Positions 45,325-54,196 are shown, counted from the first letter of the stretch. The stretch: DNA of 64,000 nucleotides from Acidimicrobiales bacterium (GCA_036493595.1 DASXPN010000073.1:32029-96028); one strand, 5' to 3'. Notes: a model not told the origin generated them from the sequence alone. Program-made: numbers and translations.

Positions 45325-46701
45325 ATGGGGGACATGGCGAAGCAGCGGGTGGAGTTCCGGTGTGAAGAGTGTGGTGCGACCGCGCTGCGGTGGTCTGGGC
45401 GATGCGGCACGTGCGAGGCGTGGAACGCGATGGTCGAGGTGCCGGTCATCGCAGCCGCGAAACCCATCGCGCTCGCGTCCGGGTTCGAGCCGGCCATACC
45501 GATCGGCGACGTCGAGCTCGGCGCGGTTCGCGCGTGGCCGACGGGCTCGTCGGAGCTCGATCGCGTGCTCGGTGGTGGCTTGGTGCCCGGCTCGGTCACG
45601 CTGATCGGCGGCGAGCCGGGTGTCGGCAAGTCGACCTTGCTCACGCAGGTTGCTGCGTCCATCGCCGTCGGCGGTCTCGACGTGCTCTATGTGTCCGCGG
45701 AGGAGTCGCGGCAGCAGGTGCGGGTGCGGGCGGGACGGCTCGGCGCGCTCGCACCCACGCTGTGGCTGGCATCGGAGACCGAGCTCGGCAACGTGCTCGC
45801 GCACATCGATCGCGTGCGGCCCGCGGTCGTGGTCGTCGATTCGATCCAGACGATCCACGATCCGGCGCTCGGTTCGGCGCCGGGCTCGATCGTGCAAGTG
45901 CGCGAGTGCGCGCACCGGCTCGTGCGTGAGGCGAAGCAGCGCGACTTGGCGGTGGTGCTCGTCGGTCACGTCACGAAGGAAGGTGGCCTCGCCGGCCCTC
46001 GTGTGCTCGAGCACGTGGTCGACACCGTGCTGTGCTTCGAAGGCGAACGGCATCACGCGTTGCGCTTGTTGCGCGCCGCGAAGCATCGCTTCGGATCGAC
46101 GGCCGAGCTCGGGCTGTTCGAGATGACCGACGCGGGCCTCGAACCGGTGCCCGACGCGAGCGCGTTGTTCCTTGCCGATCGACGGCCGGGCGTGGCGGGC
46201 TCCGCGGTGGTGCCGACGCTCGAGGGCCAGCGTCCGCTCCTCGTCGAGCTCCAGTCGCTGGTCGCATCGAGCAACCTGCCGATGCCTCGGCGTTCCGCGC
46301 AGGGCGTCGACGGAGGACGGCTGGCGTTCCTACTCGCAGTGCTCGAGCGCCGCGCCGCGGTGTCGCTCACCGGCGCGGACGTCTTCGCGCTCGCAGTAGG
46401 TGGTGTGAAGGTCACCGAGCCCGGCGCGGACCTTGCGCTCGCGTTGGCGGTGACGTCGTCTCGGCGCGACACCCCCTTGCCGGCCGATCTCGTCGCGTGC
46501 GCGGAAGTCGGTCTCGGCGGTGAGTTGCGCCAGGCCGGCCAAACGTCACGACGCCTCGCCGAGGCGGCACGGCTCGGTTTCGGCTGTGCATTGTTGCCAC
46601 ACTCCGCGCCCGATCCGCCCCCCGGGTTGCGCGCGCTGCGCGCCGGCACCATCGCTGACGCGCTCCGGCTTGTCGGTCTGTACGACGAGGGGGACGAATG
46701 A
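45325..46701 (+). CDS. radA: DNA repair protein RadA
   Basis: Track ORF of 458 aa (alternative ATG 45334, MAKQR). Zinc finger CEECGATALRWSGRCGTCEAWN, Walker A GGEPGVGKSTL, and KHRFG in place of KNRFG. Confidence 0.95.
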   Translation: MGDMAKQRVEFRCEECGATALRWSGRCGTCEAWNAMVEVPVIAAAKPIALASGFEPAIPIGDVELGAVRAWPTGSSELDRVLGGGLVPGSVTLIGGEPGVGKSTLLTQVAASIAVGGLDVLYVSAEESRQQVRVRAGRLGALAPTLWLASETELGNVLAHIDRVRPAVVVVDSIQTIHDPALGSAPGSIVQVRECAHRLVREAKQRDLAVVLVGHVTKEGGLAGPRVLEHVVDTVLCFEGERHHALRLLRAAKHRFGSTAELGLFEMTDAGLEPVPDASALFLADRRPGVAGSAVVPTLEGQRPLLVELQSLVASSNLPMPRRSAQGVDGGRLAFLLAVLERRAAVSLTGADVFALAVGGVKVTEPGADLALALAVTSSRRDTPLPADLVACAEVGLGGELRQAGQTSRRLAEAARLGFGCALLPHSAPDPPPGLRALRAGTIADALRLVGLYDEGDE

Positions 46702-46716
46702 ACGAGCGCACGTACA

Positions 46717-47874
46717 ATGGCCTTGGTCATGACCAAGCCAGGGGGGAGCCGTCGCGCGGCCGTGCCCGACTCGCTGCTCGGGGTCGGGGGTTACCATCAC
46801 GGCGTGGCTCCGCGCCGCAGCATTCCGCTGCTCGACGCGCTCGCCGCGGTGTCGCCGGGCCGTCCCCTCCGTGAGGGGCTCGACCGCATACTTCAAGCGG
46901 GCATGGGCGCGCTCATCGTCGTCGGCGATGGTCCCGAGGTCCTCAACATCTGTTCCGGCGGGTTCTTGCTCGATGCCGCGTTCAGCCCGCAACGCCTGTC
47001 GGAGCTGGCGAAGATGGACGGCGCGATCATCCTCGCCGACGACGCGAGTCGCATCGCGCGTGCCAACGTGCATCTCGTCCCCAACCCGAACGTCCCCACA
47101 TCGGAGACCGGTACGCGCCACCGCACCGCGGAGCGAGTGGCGCGCTCGATCGACGTGCCGGTGATCTCGGTGTCGGAGGACATGCAGGTGATCGCCGTCT
47201 ATGTCGACGACGCGAAGTACCCGCTCGAACCGATCCCGCGGTTGTTGAACAAAGCCAACCAGGCGCTGTCGACGCTGGAGCGTTACAAGAGCCGGCTCGA
47301 TGGTGTGTCGGGCGCGCTGTCGGCGCTCGAGGTCGAAGACCTCGTCACCGTGCGCGATGTCGTCACGGTGCTCCAGCGGACCGAGATGGTACGCCGCATT
47401 GCCGAGGAGATCGAAGGTCACATCGTCGAGCTCGGCGTGGACGGTCGCTTGGTGCGGTTGCAGCTCGAAGAGCTCATGGGCGGCGTGGAGGACGATCGGC
47501 GCCTCGTGATCCAGGACTACTTCCGCGAGGAGGAGACCTGGCATGTCGGCGACGCGCTCGAGGCGCTGGCCGAGCTCGACACCGACGACCTGCTCGACCT
47601 CAAGATCGTGGCTGGCATGTTGCACTTGAGCGCGGGAGTCGACCTCGACCTGAGCTTGCAACCCCGTGGCCATCGATTGCTGTCGAAGATCCCGCGACTG
47701 CCCGACATCGTGATCGAAAAGATCGTCGATCGGTTCGGCAACCTGCAGAAGATCATGCGCGCCACGATCGACGATCTCGACGATGTCGAAGGCGTCGGCG
47801 AAGCACGGGCGCGCGCGATCAAGGAAGGGCTCGCTCGTCTCGCAGAGACCAGCATCCTCGATCGCTACAACTGA
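46717..47874 (+). CDS. disA: DNA integrity scanning protein DisA (diadenylate cyclase)
   Basis: Track ORF of 385 aa. DAC domain GALIVVGDG...DGAIILADD...GTRHRTAERVA. C-terminal helix-hairpin-helix LDDVEGVGEARARAI. Confidence 0.95.
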   Translation: MALVMTKPGGSRRAAVPDSLLGVGGYHHGVAPRRSIPLLDALAAVSPGRPLREGLDRILQAGMGALIVVGDGPEVLNICSGGFLLDAAFSPQRLSELAKMDGAIILADDASRIARANVHLVPNPNVPTSETGTRHRTAERVARSIDVPVISVSEDMQVIAVYVDDAKYPLEPIPRLLNKANQALSTLERYKSRLDGVSGALSALEVEDLVTVRDVVTVLQRTEMVRRIAEEIEGHIVELGVDGRLVRLQLEELMGGVEDDRRLVIQDYFREEETWHVGDALEALAELDTDDLLDLKIVAGMLHLSAGVDLDLSLQPRGHRLLSKIPRLPDIVIEKIVDRFGNLQKIMRATIDDLDDVEGVGEARARAIKEGLARLAETSILDRYN

Positions 47875-47880
47875 GCCTCG

Positions 47881-48705
47881 GTGACCGCGCCATTGCTCAC
47901 TGACGGGATGCGTCATCGGATCGCAGCCGTTCCGGACGCATTCCACATCAGGCGGCTCGAGCTGCTGCGTGACCTGCCCGGCAATCGATGCGGAGTCGAG
48001 ATCCGCCGGTTCAGTGACACGGTGTTCGCGACGGTGGCGGCCGCGTTGCCCGAGGTCGGCTGGATGCAACACGTTGGTGGGCTCGCCCCGGGCGATGAGG
48101 CTCTCGTCCCCAAGATCGCGGCCTGGTACCACGGGTTGGGCCTGCGCCCCCGTTTCGAGATCGCACCCGCGCCCGACTCCGAGCCGTTGGCGGCGGCACT
48201 GACCGATGCACGCGCGAGGCAGACGGGTTTCCTCGACACGTTGTGGGCGCGGACCGCGCCGCCGACCGGCGAGGCGCCGAACGGCGTCGACGTGCGAGTT
48301 GTCACGCCGCGGTCAGAGGAGGCCGCGCTCTTCGCGCGCGTCCATCTCGGTGGTCACGAGGTGTCTGATGACGGGTTCACCGAGCACTGGGCCGCGATCG
48401 GGCTGTGGCCCTCCGAGCCCGAGTGGTGGTGTTACCTGGCGTCGGTCGCCGGCGAGAGCGTGGGCTCTGCCGCGCTGGCGGTCGACGATGGCATCGGCTA
48501 CTTCGCCAACGCGTCGACGTTGCCATCCGGACGGCGGCGGGGATGCCAGCAGGCTCTGATCCATCGCCGTCTGCACGACGCAGCCGCGGCCGGGTGTGAG
48601 CTCACCGTCTCATTGGCGACGCCGGGCACTTCGAGCCATCGCAACCTCGAACGAGCAGGTCTCGTGGTGGCGTGCACGAACGTGTTCTGGACGGTGGTGG
48701 ATTGA
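47881..48705 (+). CDS. GNAT-family N-acetyltransferase
   Basis: Track ORF of 274 aa. C-terminal acetyl-CoA site pattern LPSGRRRGCQQALIHRRLHDAAAAGC. Confidence 0.7.
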   Translation: MTAPLLTDGMRHRIAAVPDAFHIRRLELLRDLPGNRCGVEIRRFSDTVFATVAAALPEVGWMQHVGGLAPGDEALVPKIAAWYHGLGLRPRFEIAPAPDSEPLAAALTDARARQTGFLDTLWARTAPPTGEAPNGVDVRVVTPRSEEAALFARVHLGGHEVSDDGFTEHWAAIGLWPSEPEWWCYLASVAGESVGSAALAVDDGIGYFANASTLPSGRRRGCQQALIHRRLHDAAAAGCELTVSLATPGTSSHRNLERAGLVVACTNVFWTVVD

Positions 48706-49274
48706 GGCCGAGACCTCCGCGGCCTCAACGCCTCGTGTTCGGTGAGATCGCCGTGGAGTACGAGCGGCTTCGTCCGTCGTACCCGCCCGAACTCATCGAC
48801 CGCCTCATGGCGATCACCGGCGTCGAGGCCGGCGACCACGCGCTCGAGATCGGTCCACCGAAGGCAGCCGACGCGCTGAAGCCGGGCGGTTGGATCGCGA
48901 TGATCTGGAACCGTCCCGATCTCGACGGCTGTGCGTGGCACGACGATCTGCAGCCGATCTACAAGCGCATCACCCCGGGGATGGAGCACGGGGTGCGGCG
49001 TTGGTTCTCCAACTCTGTCCCATGGTCGGTCGAGCAACTCGAGCGCGGCGGGCGGTTCGGTCCGCCGGTGCAGCACGTGGCGCCGTGGACGGCCACGTAC
49101 ACCACGGACGGGTACATGGCCGTGCTCAACACCCACTCGGACAAGCGCATGCTGCCCGACGACCAGAGAGCTGCCTTGTTCGACGGCATCCGTGCGTCGC
49201 TCGACGCGGGCGGCGGCGTCATCGAGCATCCGTACGTCGCGGAGTTGGTGGCCGCGCCGGTGCTCGACCGTTAG
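48702..49274 (+). CDS. SAM-dependent methyltransferase-family ORF with an in-frame internal deletion of the Rossmann core (likely non-functional)
   Basis: Track ORF 48672..49274; TTG 48702 overlaps the upstream stop. The N-terminal EYERLRPSYPPELIDRL...ALEIGP runs straight into PKAADALKPGGWIAMIWN, skipping the expected GxGxG-to-motif-III segment. The C-terminal half, ...RFGPPVQH..WTATYTTDGYMAVLNTHS, is intact. Confidence 0.55.
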   Translation: MRPRPPRPQRLVFGEIAVEYERLRPSYPPELIDRLMAITGVEAGDHALEIGPPKAADALKPGGWIAMIWNRPDLDGCAWHDDLQPIYKRITPGMEHGVRRWFSNSVPWSVEQLERGGRFGPPVQHVAPWTATYTTDGYMAVLNTHSDKRMLPDDQRAALFDGIRASLDAGGGVIEHPYVAELVAAPVLDR

Positions 49275-49283
49275 AACATCGAG

Positions 49284-49946
49284 ATGCGCACCACGCTCGA
49301 CAACGGAACACCGATCGAAGTCGCTCGGCCTGGCGGTAGCCGCGCTGCCAGCCGCGGCCTGGTCGTCATCCCCGACATCGGCGGTCTGCGCCCGCTCTTC
49401 GACGATCTCGTGGCCCGACTGGCGGACGAGAACGGTTGGGCCGTAGTGGCGGTGGAGCCGTTCCCCGGACGTGAGCAGATGACGCTCGAGGAACGCATGG
49501 CCGCGATGCCGACACTCGACGACAGCCTGCAGTTGGCTGACATCGTCGTCGCCGGAGACGTCCTCGGGATCGAACCGGTCGGCGTGATCGGGTTCTGTAT
49601 GGGCGGGATGTACACGATGAAGGCCGCATCCACCGGAAGGTTCGATCGCGCCGCCGCCTTCTACGGAATGATCCGCGTGCCCGAGGCATGGCACGGGTCA
49701 GGGCAGCACGACGCGCTCGACTTGTTGCAGTCGGCGCCCGAGACGACGCAACGGGTGCTGGCCGTCATCGGCACCGCCGACCCCTACACGCCGGCGAACG
49801 AAGTCGATGAGCTCGAGGCGGCCGGCGCGACCGTGGTGAGGTACCAGGATGCGGAGCACGGCTTCGTGCACGATGCGTCGCGTCCGGCGCACCGCGCCGA
49901 TGACGCGGCCGATGCGTGGCGGCGCGTGATCGACTGGTTGACGTGA
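49284..49946 (+). CDS. Dienelactone hydrolase family protein
   Basis: Track ORF of 220 aa. GLVVIPDIGG, nucleophile elbow GFCMGG, and C-terminal AEHGF. Confidence 0.85.
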   Translation: MRTTLDNGTPIEVARPGGSRAASRGLVVIPDIGGLRPLFDDLVARLADENGWAVVAVEPFPGREQMTLEERMAAMPTLDDSLQLADIVVAGDVLGIEPVGVIGFCMGGMYTMKAASTGRFDRAAAFYGMIRVPEAWHGSGQHDALDLLQSAPETTQRVLAVIGTADPYTPANEVDELEAAGATVVRYQDAEHGFVHDASRPAHRADDAADAWRRVIDWLT

Positions 49947-49965
49947 GGCGCGAGCGACCGGCGAG

Positions 49966-50625
49966 CTACCGCGCCCGCAACGAAAGCTGCGGGCGGTTGG
50001 TGATGCGGTAGCGGCGCTCCGACTGTTCGATCCAGCCCAGCCGCACGAACGCGGCAATGGCCTTGTTCACCCGCTCACGCGACGCGCCGACCATGGCGGC
50101 GAGCTCCTCCTGCGTCACCGGCAGCACGAATTCGTCCTCGTCGCCCGCCACTTCGAGCAGCCGCTTGGCGGTGCGTCCGGTGACGTCGAGGAAGACGGAG
50201 TCGGCCAGTGCCGCGTCCATGGCGCGGATCCGCCCGGAGAGCATGGCGACGACGCTCCATAGCAACGTCGGCCGTCCCTCGTACACCGCCTGTATCGGCG
50301 CGTACGGGATCGAGATCACTTCCGACGGCTCCAGCGCACGGGCCGCCGTCGAACGCCCGAGGCCGTCGAACAGCGGCATCTCGCCGAACACGTCGCCCGC
50401 CTCCATCAACGCGACGACCGACTCGCGGCCGTCGCTCGACTTGTTGGCCAGCGCGATGCGCCCGGACACCACGACGAACAACTGGTCGGGCTCGTCGCCT
50501 TCTGAGAACAGCACATCGCCCCGGCGCAGCTCCCGCTGCTCCGCGGCATTGGAAATGCTCGCCAGCTCGTCCGGCTCGAGCTCTGAGAAGAGATCGACGC
50601 GCGTCAGTCGATCGGCGTCGGTCAT
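49966..50625 (-). CDS. crp: Crp/Fnr-family cAMP-responsive transcriptional regulator
   Basis: Track ORF 49966..50721; ATG 50625 (MTDADRLTRVDLFSEL). cNMP-binding FGEMPLFDG...RSTAARA. HTH TQEELAAMVGASRERVNKAI. Confidence 0.92.
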   Translation of the reverse strand: MTDADRLTRVDLFSELEPDELASISNAAEQRELRRGDVLFSEGDEPDQLFVVVSGRIALANKSSDGRESVVALMEAGDVFGEMPLFDGLGRSTAARALEPSEVISIPYAPIQAVYEGRPTLLWSVVAMLSGRIRAMDAALADSVFLDVTGRTAKRLLEVAGDEDEFVLPVTQEELAAMVGASRERVNKAIAAFVRLGWIEQSERRYRITNRPQLSLRAR

Positions 50626-50738
50626 CCCCGCGAATGTAGATGCCGGTAGGTCCCGGTGCCGCGACATCGAGTTGTACGGTCCGCGGGCCGTACCTACCCT
50701 GTGGAGGAGCCCTCCGCCCATCGCCTCCCGGGAGCAAG

Positions 50739-51224
50739 ATGACGACGTTCGACGTCGGCGACAAGGTCGTGTACCCGCACCACGGTGCCGCAGTCATCGA
50801 GAAGCGAGAGAAGCGCGAGTCACCTTCGGGCGAGGAGCGTGAATACCTCGTCCTCCGGCTCGCATACGGCGACCTGACGTTGATGGTTCCGGCCGACAAC
50901 ACCGAGTCGGTCGGCCTTCGAGAGGTCATCAACAACGAAGAGGTCGAGGAGGTCTTCGCCGTCCTTCGCAAGAAGGAAGCGCGCATGCCGACGAACTGGT
51001 CGCGGCGGTTCAAGAACCACGTCGAGAAGCTGAAGTCAGGCGACGTCTATCAAGTCGCCGAGGTCGTCCGGAACCTCTCGCTGCGCGAGAACGAGAAAGG
51101 GCTGTCGGCCGGCGAGAAGCGCATGCTGGCGAAGGCGCGACAGATCCTCGTGTCCGAGCTGACGTTCGCCATCAACGTGAACGAGGCCGAAGCCGAGAAG
51201 CGACTCGACGAGTGCCTCACGTGA
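50739..51224 (+). CDS. carD: RNA-polymerase-binding transcription factor CarD
   Basis: Track ORF 50640..51224; ATG 50739. [19 protein letters not shown]...LVLRL; 161 aa, as in mycobacteria. Confidence 0.95.
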   Translation: MTTFDVGDKVVYPHHGAAVIEKREKRESPSGEEREYLVLRLAYGDLTLMVPADNTESVGLREVINNEEVEEVFAVLRKKEARMPTNWSRRFKNHVEKLKSGDVYQVAEVVRNLSLRENEKGLSAGEKRMLAKARQILVSELTFAINVNEAEAEKRLDECLT

Positions 51225-51246
51225 ACCGCACCGTCGCGAGGCCGCA

Positions 51247-51864
51247 CTGATCGTCTGGACCATCGTCGTCGCCGCGGGAGCCGGCGAGCGATTCGGTCAA
51301 CGCAAGCAGTACGAACGGCTCGGCGCGCAACGTGTGCTCGATTGGTCGCTCGTCACCGCGTCCGAGATGAGCGCGGGCGTTGTCGCGGTGGTTCCGTCCG
51401 ACGTGGCGCACGAACCCGAACCGCTGGCCAACGCGACTGTCCCTGGTGGCGTGACTCGCTCGGCGTCGGTGCGCGCCGGGCTCGCCGCGCTGCCGCCGGA
51501 TGTGACGCACACGCTCGTGCATGACGCGGCGCGGCCCGTGCCACTGTTGGACGTGTGGCAGCGCGTCCTCGAGGCGCTGGCCAGTGGCGCCGAGGTCGTC
51601 GTGCCCGTCGTCGCCGTCACCGACACCTTGCGCGAGCGGGAGGGACCAACCGTTGATCGCTCGCGGTTCGTCGCGGTTCAGACTCCGCAAGCGTTCCGGG
51701 TCGACGTGTTGCGACGCGCACACGCATCCGATTCCGACGCCACCGACGATGCCACACTGGCCGAGCGCGTAGGCGCGAAGGTGAGCACGGTGGACGGCGA
51801 CCCCCGCAACATCAAGATCACCGAGCCATGGCACTTGGCGCTGGCGGAATTGCTGCTCCCATGA
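51247..51864 (+). CDS. ispD: 2-C-methyl-D-erythritol 4-phosphate cytidylyltransferase; 5' end unresolved (no canonical start)
   Basis: The track lists only 51334..51864 (GTG). The conserved N-terminal motif WTIVVAAGAGERFGQRKQ is encoded in the same frame at 51256-51309, upstream of that GTG. The only start candidates are CTG 51247 and ATC 51250. ATGA overlap with ispF. Confidence 0.8.
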   Translation: MIVWTIVVAAGAGERFGQRKQYERLGAQRVLDWSLVTASEMSAGVVAVVPSDVAHEPEPLANATVPGGVTRSASVRAGLAALPPDVTHTLVHDAARPVPLLDVWQRVLEALASGAEVVVPVVAVTDTLREREGPTVDRSRFVAVQTPQAFRVDVLRRAHASDSDATDDATLAERVGAKVSTVDGDPRNIKITEPWHLALAELLLP

Positions 51865-52337
51865 CACGAGTCGGCCTCGGAATCGACGTGCATCCGTTCG
51901 CCTCCGACGGCGACGCCCGCGTGCTCGTGCTCGGCGGTGTGGTGTTCGAGGGTGTGCGAGGGCTGCGCGGGCACAGTGACGCCGACGTGGTTGCGCACGC
52001 ATGTGCAGATGCGTTGCTCGGTGCCGCGGCACTCGGCGACATCGGTGAGCACTTTCCCGACACCGATGAACGATGGCGCGGCGCGGACAGCATCTCGTTG
52101 CTCGGTGAGGTGGCGAACATGGTGCGGCGCGCCGGTTACGAGCCGGTCAACGTCGATTGCTCGGTTGTGTGCGAATCGCCGAAGTTGGCGCCACACCGCG
52201 ACGCGATGTGCGAGCGGCTGTCAGCGGCCGTCGGCGCGGATGTGACGGTGAAGGCGACGCGGCCCGAGACGTTGGGCGCACTCGGGCGAGAGGAGGGGAT
52301 CGCGTGCCTCGCGGTGGCGCTCGTCGACCGCCGGTAA
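51861..52337 (+). CDS. ispF: 2-C-methyl-D-erythritol 2,4-cyclodiphosphate synthase
   Basis: Track ORF 51828..52337; ATG 51861 (MTRVGLGIDVHPF). Motifs GHSDADVVAHA and DIGEHFPDTD. Confidence 0.95.
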   Translation: MTRVGLGIDVHPFASDGDARVLVLGGVVFEGVRGLRGHSDADVVAHACADALLGAAALGDIGEHFPDTDERWRGADSISLLGEVANMVRRAGYEPVNVDCSVVCESPKLAPHRDAMCERLSAAVGADVTVKATRPETLGALGREEGIACLAVALVDRR

Positions 52338-53167
52338 GGCGAGCGGCTCCCTCTGGGTCGAGGAAGCCGGGCGGCGCGACCTCGAAGAAGCCGGGCGGCG
52401 ACGAGCGACGCGGTCTCGGTGGCGATCAGGTCGAAGGACGCCAGGCCGTGCGCGAGTTGTTGCTCGCCGGTCGACGTCGCGTCCGAGAGGTGTGGATCGT
52501 GTCCGGCGATCGAGCCGAGCGCGGGCCGCTGCGCGATCTCGTCGACCTCGCAGAGGAGCTCCGGGTCACGGTCAAGTTCGTGTCGCAGGGCAAGCTCGAC
52601 GCCGCGGCTCGCAGCGAAGCACCACAAGGTGTCCTGGCGCGGTGCGCGCCGTTGCCGGAGACCGACCTCGACGACCTCACAAGGGTGGTCGAGGGCGAGC
52701 CGCCGTTCCTCATCGCCATCGACGGCGTGACCGACCCCGGCAATTTCGGCGCGCTGCTGCGCGTCGCGGAGTGCTGCGGGGCCACCGGCGTCGTCGTGCC
52801 GCGTCACCGGTCCGTGCACGTCACGCCGACGGTCGCCAAAGCAGCCGCCGGTGCCATCGAGCATCTTCCGATCGCGGTCGTCGGCGGCCTGCCCGCCGCG
52901 CTCGAGCGATTGTCAAAGCTCGGCGTGTGGACGGTCGGTCTCGACAGCGGCGGCCGCGAACGCATCGATCGTCTCGAGCTCGCCGATCAGCCGGTGGTGC
53001 TCGTGCTCGGTGCCGAAGGCAAGGGCCTGTCGCCGCTGGTCCGGCGTCGATGCGAGGTCGTCGCCGGCATCCCCCTGCGGGGGCGGCTCGGGTCGCTCAA
53101 CGTCGCTGCCGCCGGCGCCATCGCCTGCTTCGAGGTGGCCCGGCGCCGGCTCGACGCCCGGGGCTAG
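52304..53167 (+). CDS. rlmB: 23S rRNA (guanosine-2'-O-)-methyltransferase RlmB (SpoU/TrmH family)
   Basis: In frame with track ORF 52157..53167. GTG 52304 sits 5 nt after GAGGAGGGG. Arg/Gly-rich N-terminus, then GRQAVRELL, DGVTDPGNFGALLR, LVLGAEGKGLS and IPLRGRLGSLNVAAA. Confidence 0.88.
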   Translation: MPRGGARRPPVRRAAPSGSRKPGGATSKKPGGDERRGLGGDQVEGRQAVRELLLAGRRRVREVWIVSGDRAERGPLRDLVDLAEELRVTVKFVSQGKLDAAARSEAPQGVLARCAPLPETDLDDLTRVVEGEPPFLIAIDGVTDPGNFGALLRVAECCGATGVVVPRHRSVHVTPTVAKAAAGAIEHLPIAVVGGLPAALERLSKLGVWTVGLDSGGRERIDRLELADQPVVLVLGAEGKGLSPLVRRRCEVVAGIPLRGRLGSLNVAAAGAIACFEVARRRLDARG

Positions 53168-53436
53168 ATCGTTTCATCCAACTCCGGGTCGCCGTGGCCC
53201 TTCGAGGTGCCACCGCGAACCGACACTCCAGGTCGTAGGGTGGTTTGTCCTGATCCGGTTTTTCCGAGTCTGGTGGGTTCGGGAGGGTTAGAAACGTTTG
53301 TTCGGCAGATTTCTTGCGCGTTTTCGTAGAGTGACGGTTGACACCTAGGCTGTGTCATGGTTCAAAGTGACTAGTCCATCGTGGCTACTGCCCGTAGCAC
53401 CCGAACCAATCCGCAGCACGCAGGAGAACCCCCACC

Positions 53437-54093
53437 GTGGTCACAGAGCAGCTCACCGAACTCCCCGATGACGAACTTGCCGCTCGGTTCCAGCAAGGCG
53501 ACCGTCTGGCTCTCGAGACCCTCATCGCTCGCTACCGCCGCTTCGCTCGTGCCAAGAGCCGCGGCTACTTCCTCGTGGGCGGCGACGCCGACGACATCGA
53601 GCAGGAAGCGCTCATCGGCCTCTACAAGGCGTCCCGCGATTTCCGGCCCGAGCACCAAGCCAGCTTCCGGGCGTTCGCCGAGCTGTGCATCACCCGCCAG
53701 ATCATCACGGCGATCAAGACCGCGACCCGCCAGAAGCATCAGCCGCTCAACCAGTACGTCTCGATCTCCGGCGCCCGCGGCGGCGACGATCCGGGCGAGC
53801 GTTCTGTCGAGGAGCTGCTGCACGCGCACCACGACGGCGATCCCGCCGACACCGTGGTGTCAGGCGAGCGCATGGAGACGATCCGGTCGTCGATGGCGCA
53901 GATGCTGTCCGGGCTCGAGGTCGACGTGCTCAAGCTCTACGTCGAGGGCAAGTCGTACCAGGAGATCGGCGAGCAGCTCGGCCGTCACGTGAAGTCGATC
54001 GACAACGCTCTGCAGCGCATCAAGCGCAAGCTCGACCAGCACCTGCAGGACAGCGCGGCTGCCGAAGCCAGCCATCTGCTCGCCATCGGCTGA
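53437..54093 (+). CDS. Sigma-70 family factor of the Bacillus SigH (Spo0H) type
   Basis: Track ORF of 218 aa; GTG sits 9 nt after AGGAGA. SFRAFAELCITRQIITAIKTATRQKHQPLN and SYQEIGEQLGRHVKSIDNALQRIKRKL are near-identical to the B. subtilis SigH segments as I recall them. Confidence 0.8.
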   Translation: MVTEQLTELPDDELAARFQQGDRLALETLIARYRRFARAKSRGYFLVGGDADDIEQEALIGLYKASRDFRPEHQASFRAFAELCITRQIITAIKTATRQKHQPLNQYVSISGARGGDDPGERSVEELLHAHHDGDPADTVVSGERMETIRSSMAQMLSGLEVDVLKLYVEGKSYQEIGEQLGRHVKSIDNALQRIKRKLDQHLQDSAAAEASHLLAIG

Positions 54094-54122
54094 GCACCAG
54101 TCACCTACGCTCGACCGGCTAC

Positions 54123-54196
54123 GCCCGAGTAGCTCAGCCGGTCAGAGCAGGCGCCTTGTAAGCGTCAGGTCGTCGGTTCGACTCCGACCTCGGGCT
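54123..54196 (+). tRNA. tRNA-Thr (anticodon TGT)
   Basis: Hand-folded cloverleaf. Acceptor GCCCGAG/CTCGGGC, D arm GCTC-AGCCGGTCA-GAGC, anticodon arm GGCGC-CTTGTAA-GCGTC, T arm GTCGG-TTCGACT-CCGAC, discriminator T. Confidence 0.9.

Noticed and set aside
44152-46086. 644-aa minus-strand ORF spanning the clpC end, the lipoprotein gene and radA.
   Set aside because: It crosses three well-supported plus-strand genes and their intergenic gaps. Its composition is dominated by R, A, P and G. It is a GC artefact.
46546-48132. 528-aa minus-strand ORF.
   Set aside because: It is antisense to disA (clear DAC domain on the plus strand) and to the start of the GNAT gene. It has no recognisable motif.
50626-50738. 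CRP operator (TGTGA-N6-TCACA) in the crp/carD divergent region and elsewhere.
   Set aside because: All TGTGA occurrences I spotted lack a matching TCACA half-site at N6. There are only weak hairpins (gtacgg...ccgtac) in this region.
53168-53436. 269-bp lower-GC leader upstream of the Spo0H-type sigma gene, considered as a riboswitch, sRNA or promoter.
   Set aside because: It contains a TTGACA (53338-53343), but the best -10 at 17-18 bp spacing (ttcaaa) is poor. I recognise no known riboswitch consensus. It may also be the remnant of a yacP-like gene. There is not enough evidence to call a feature.
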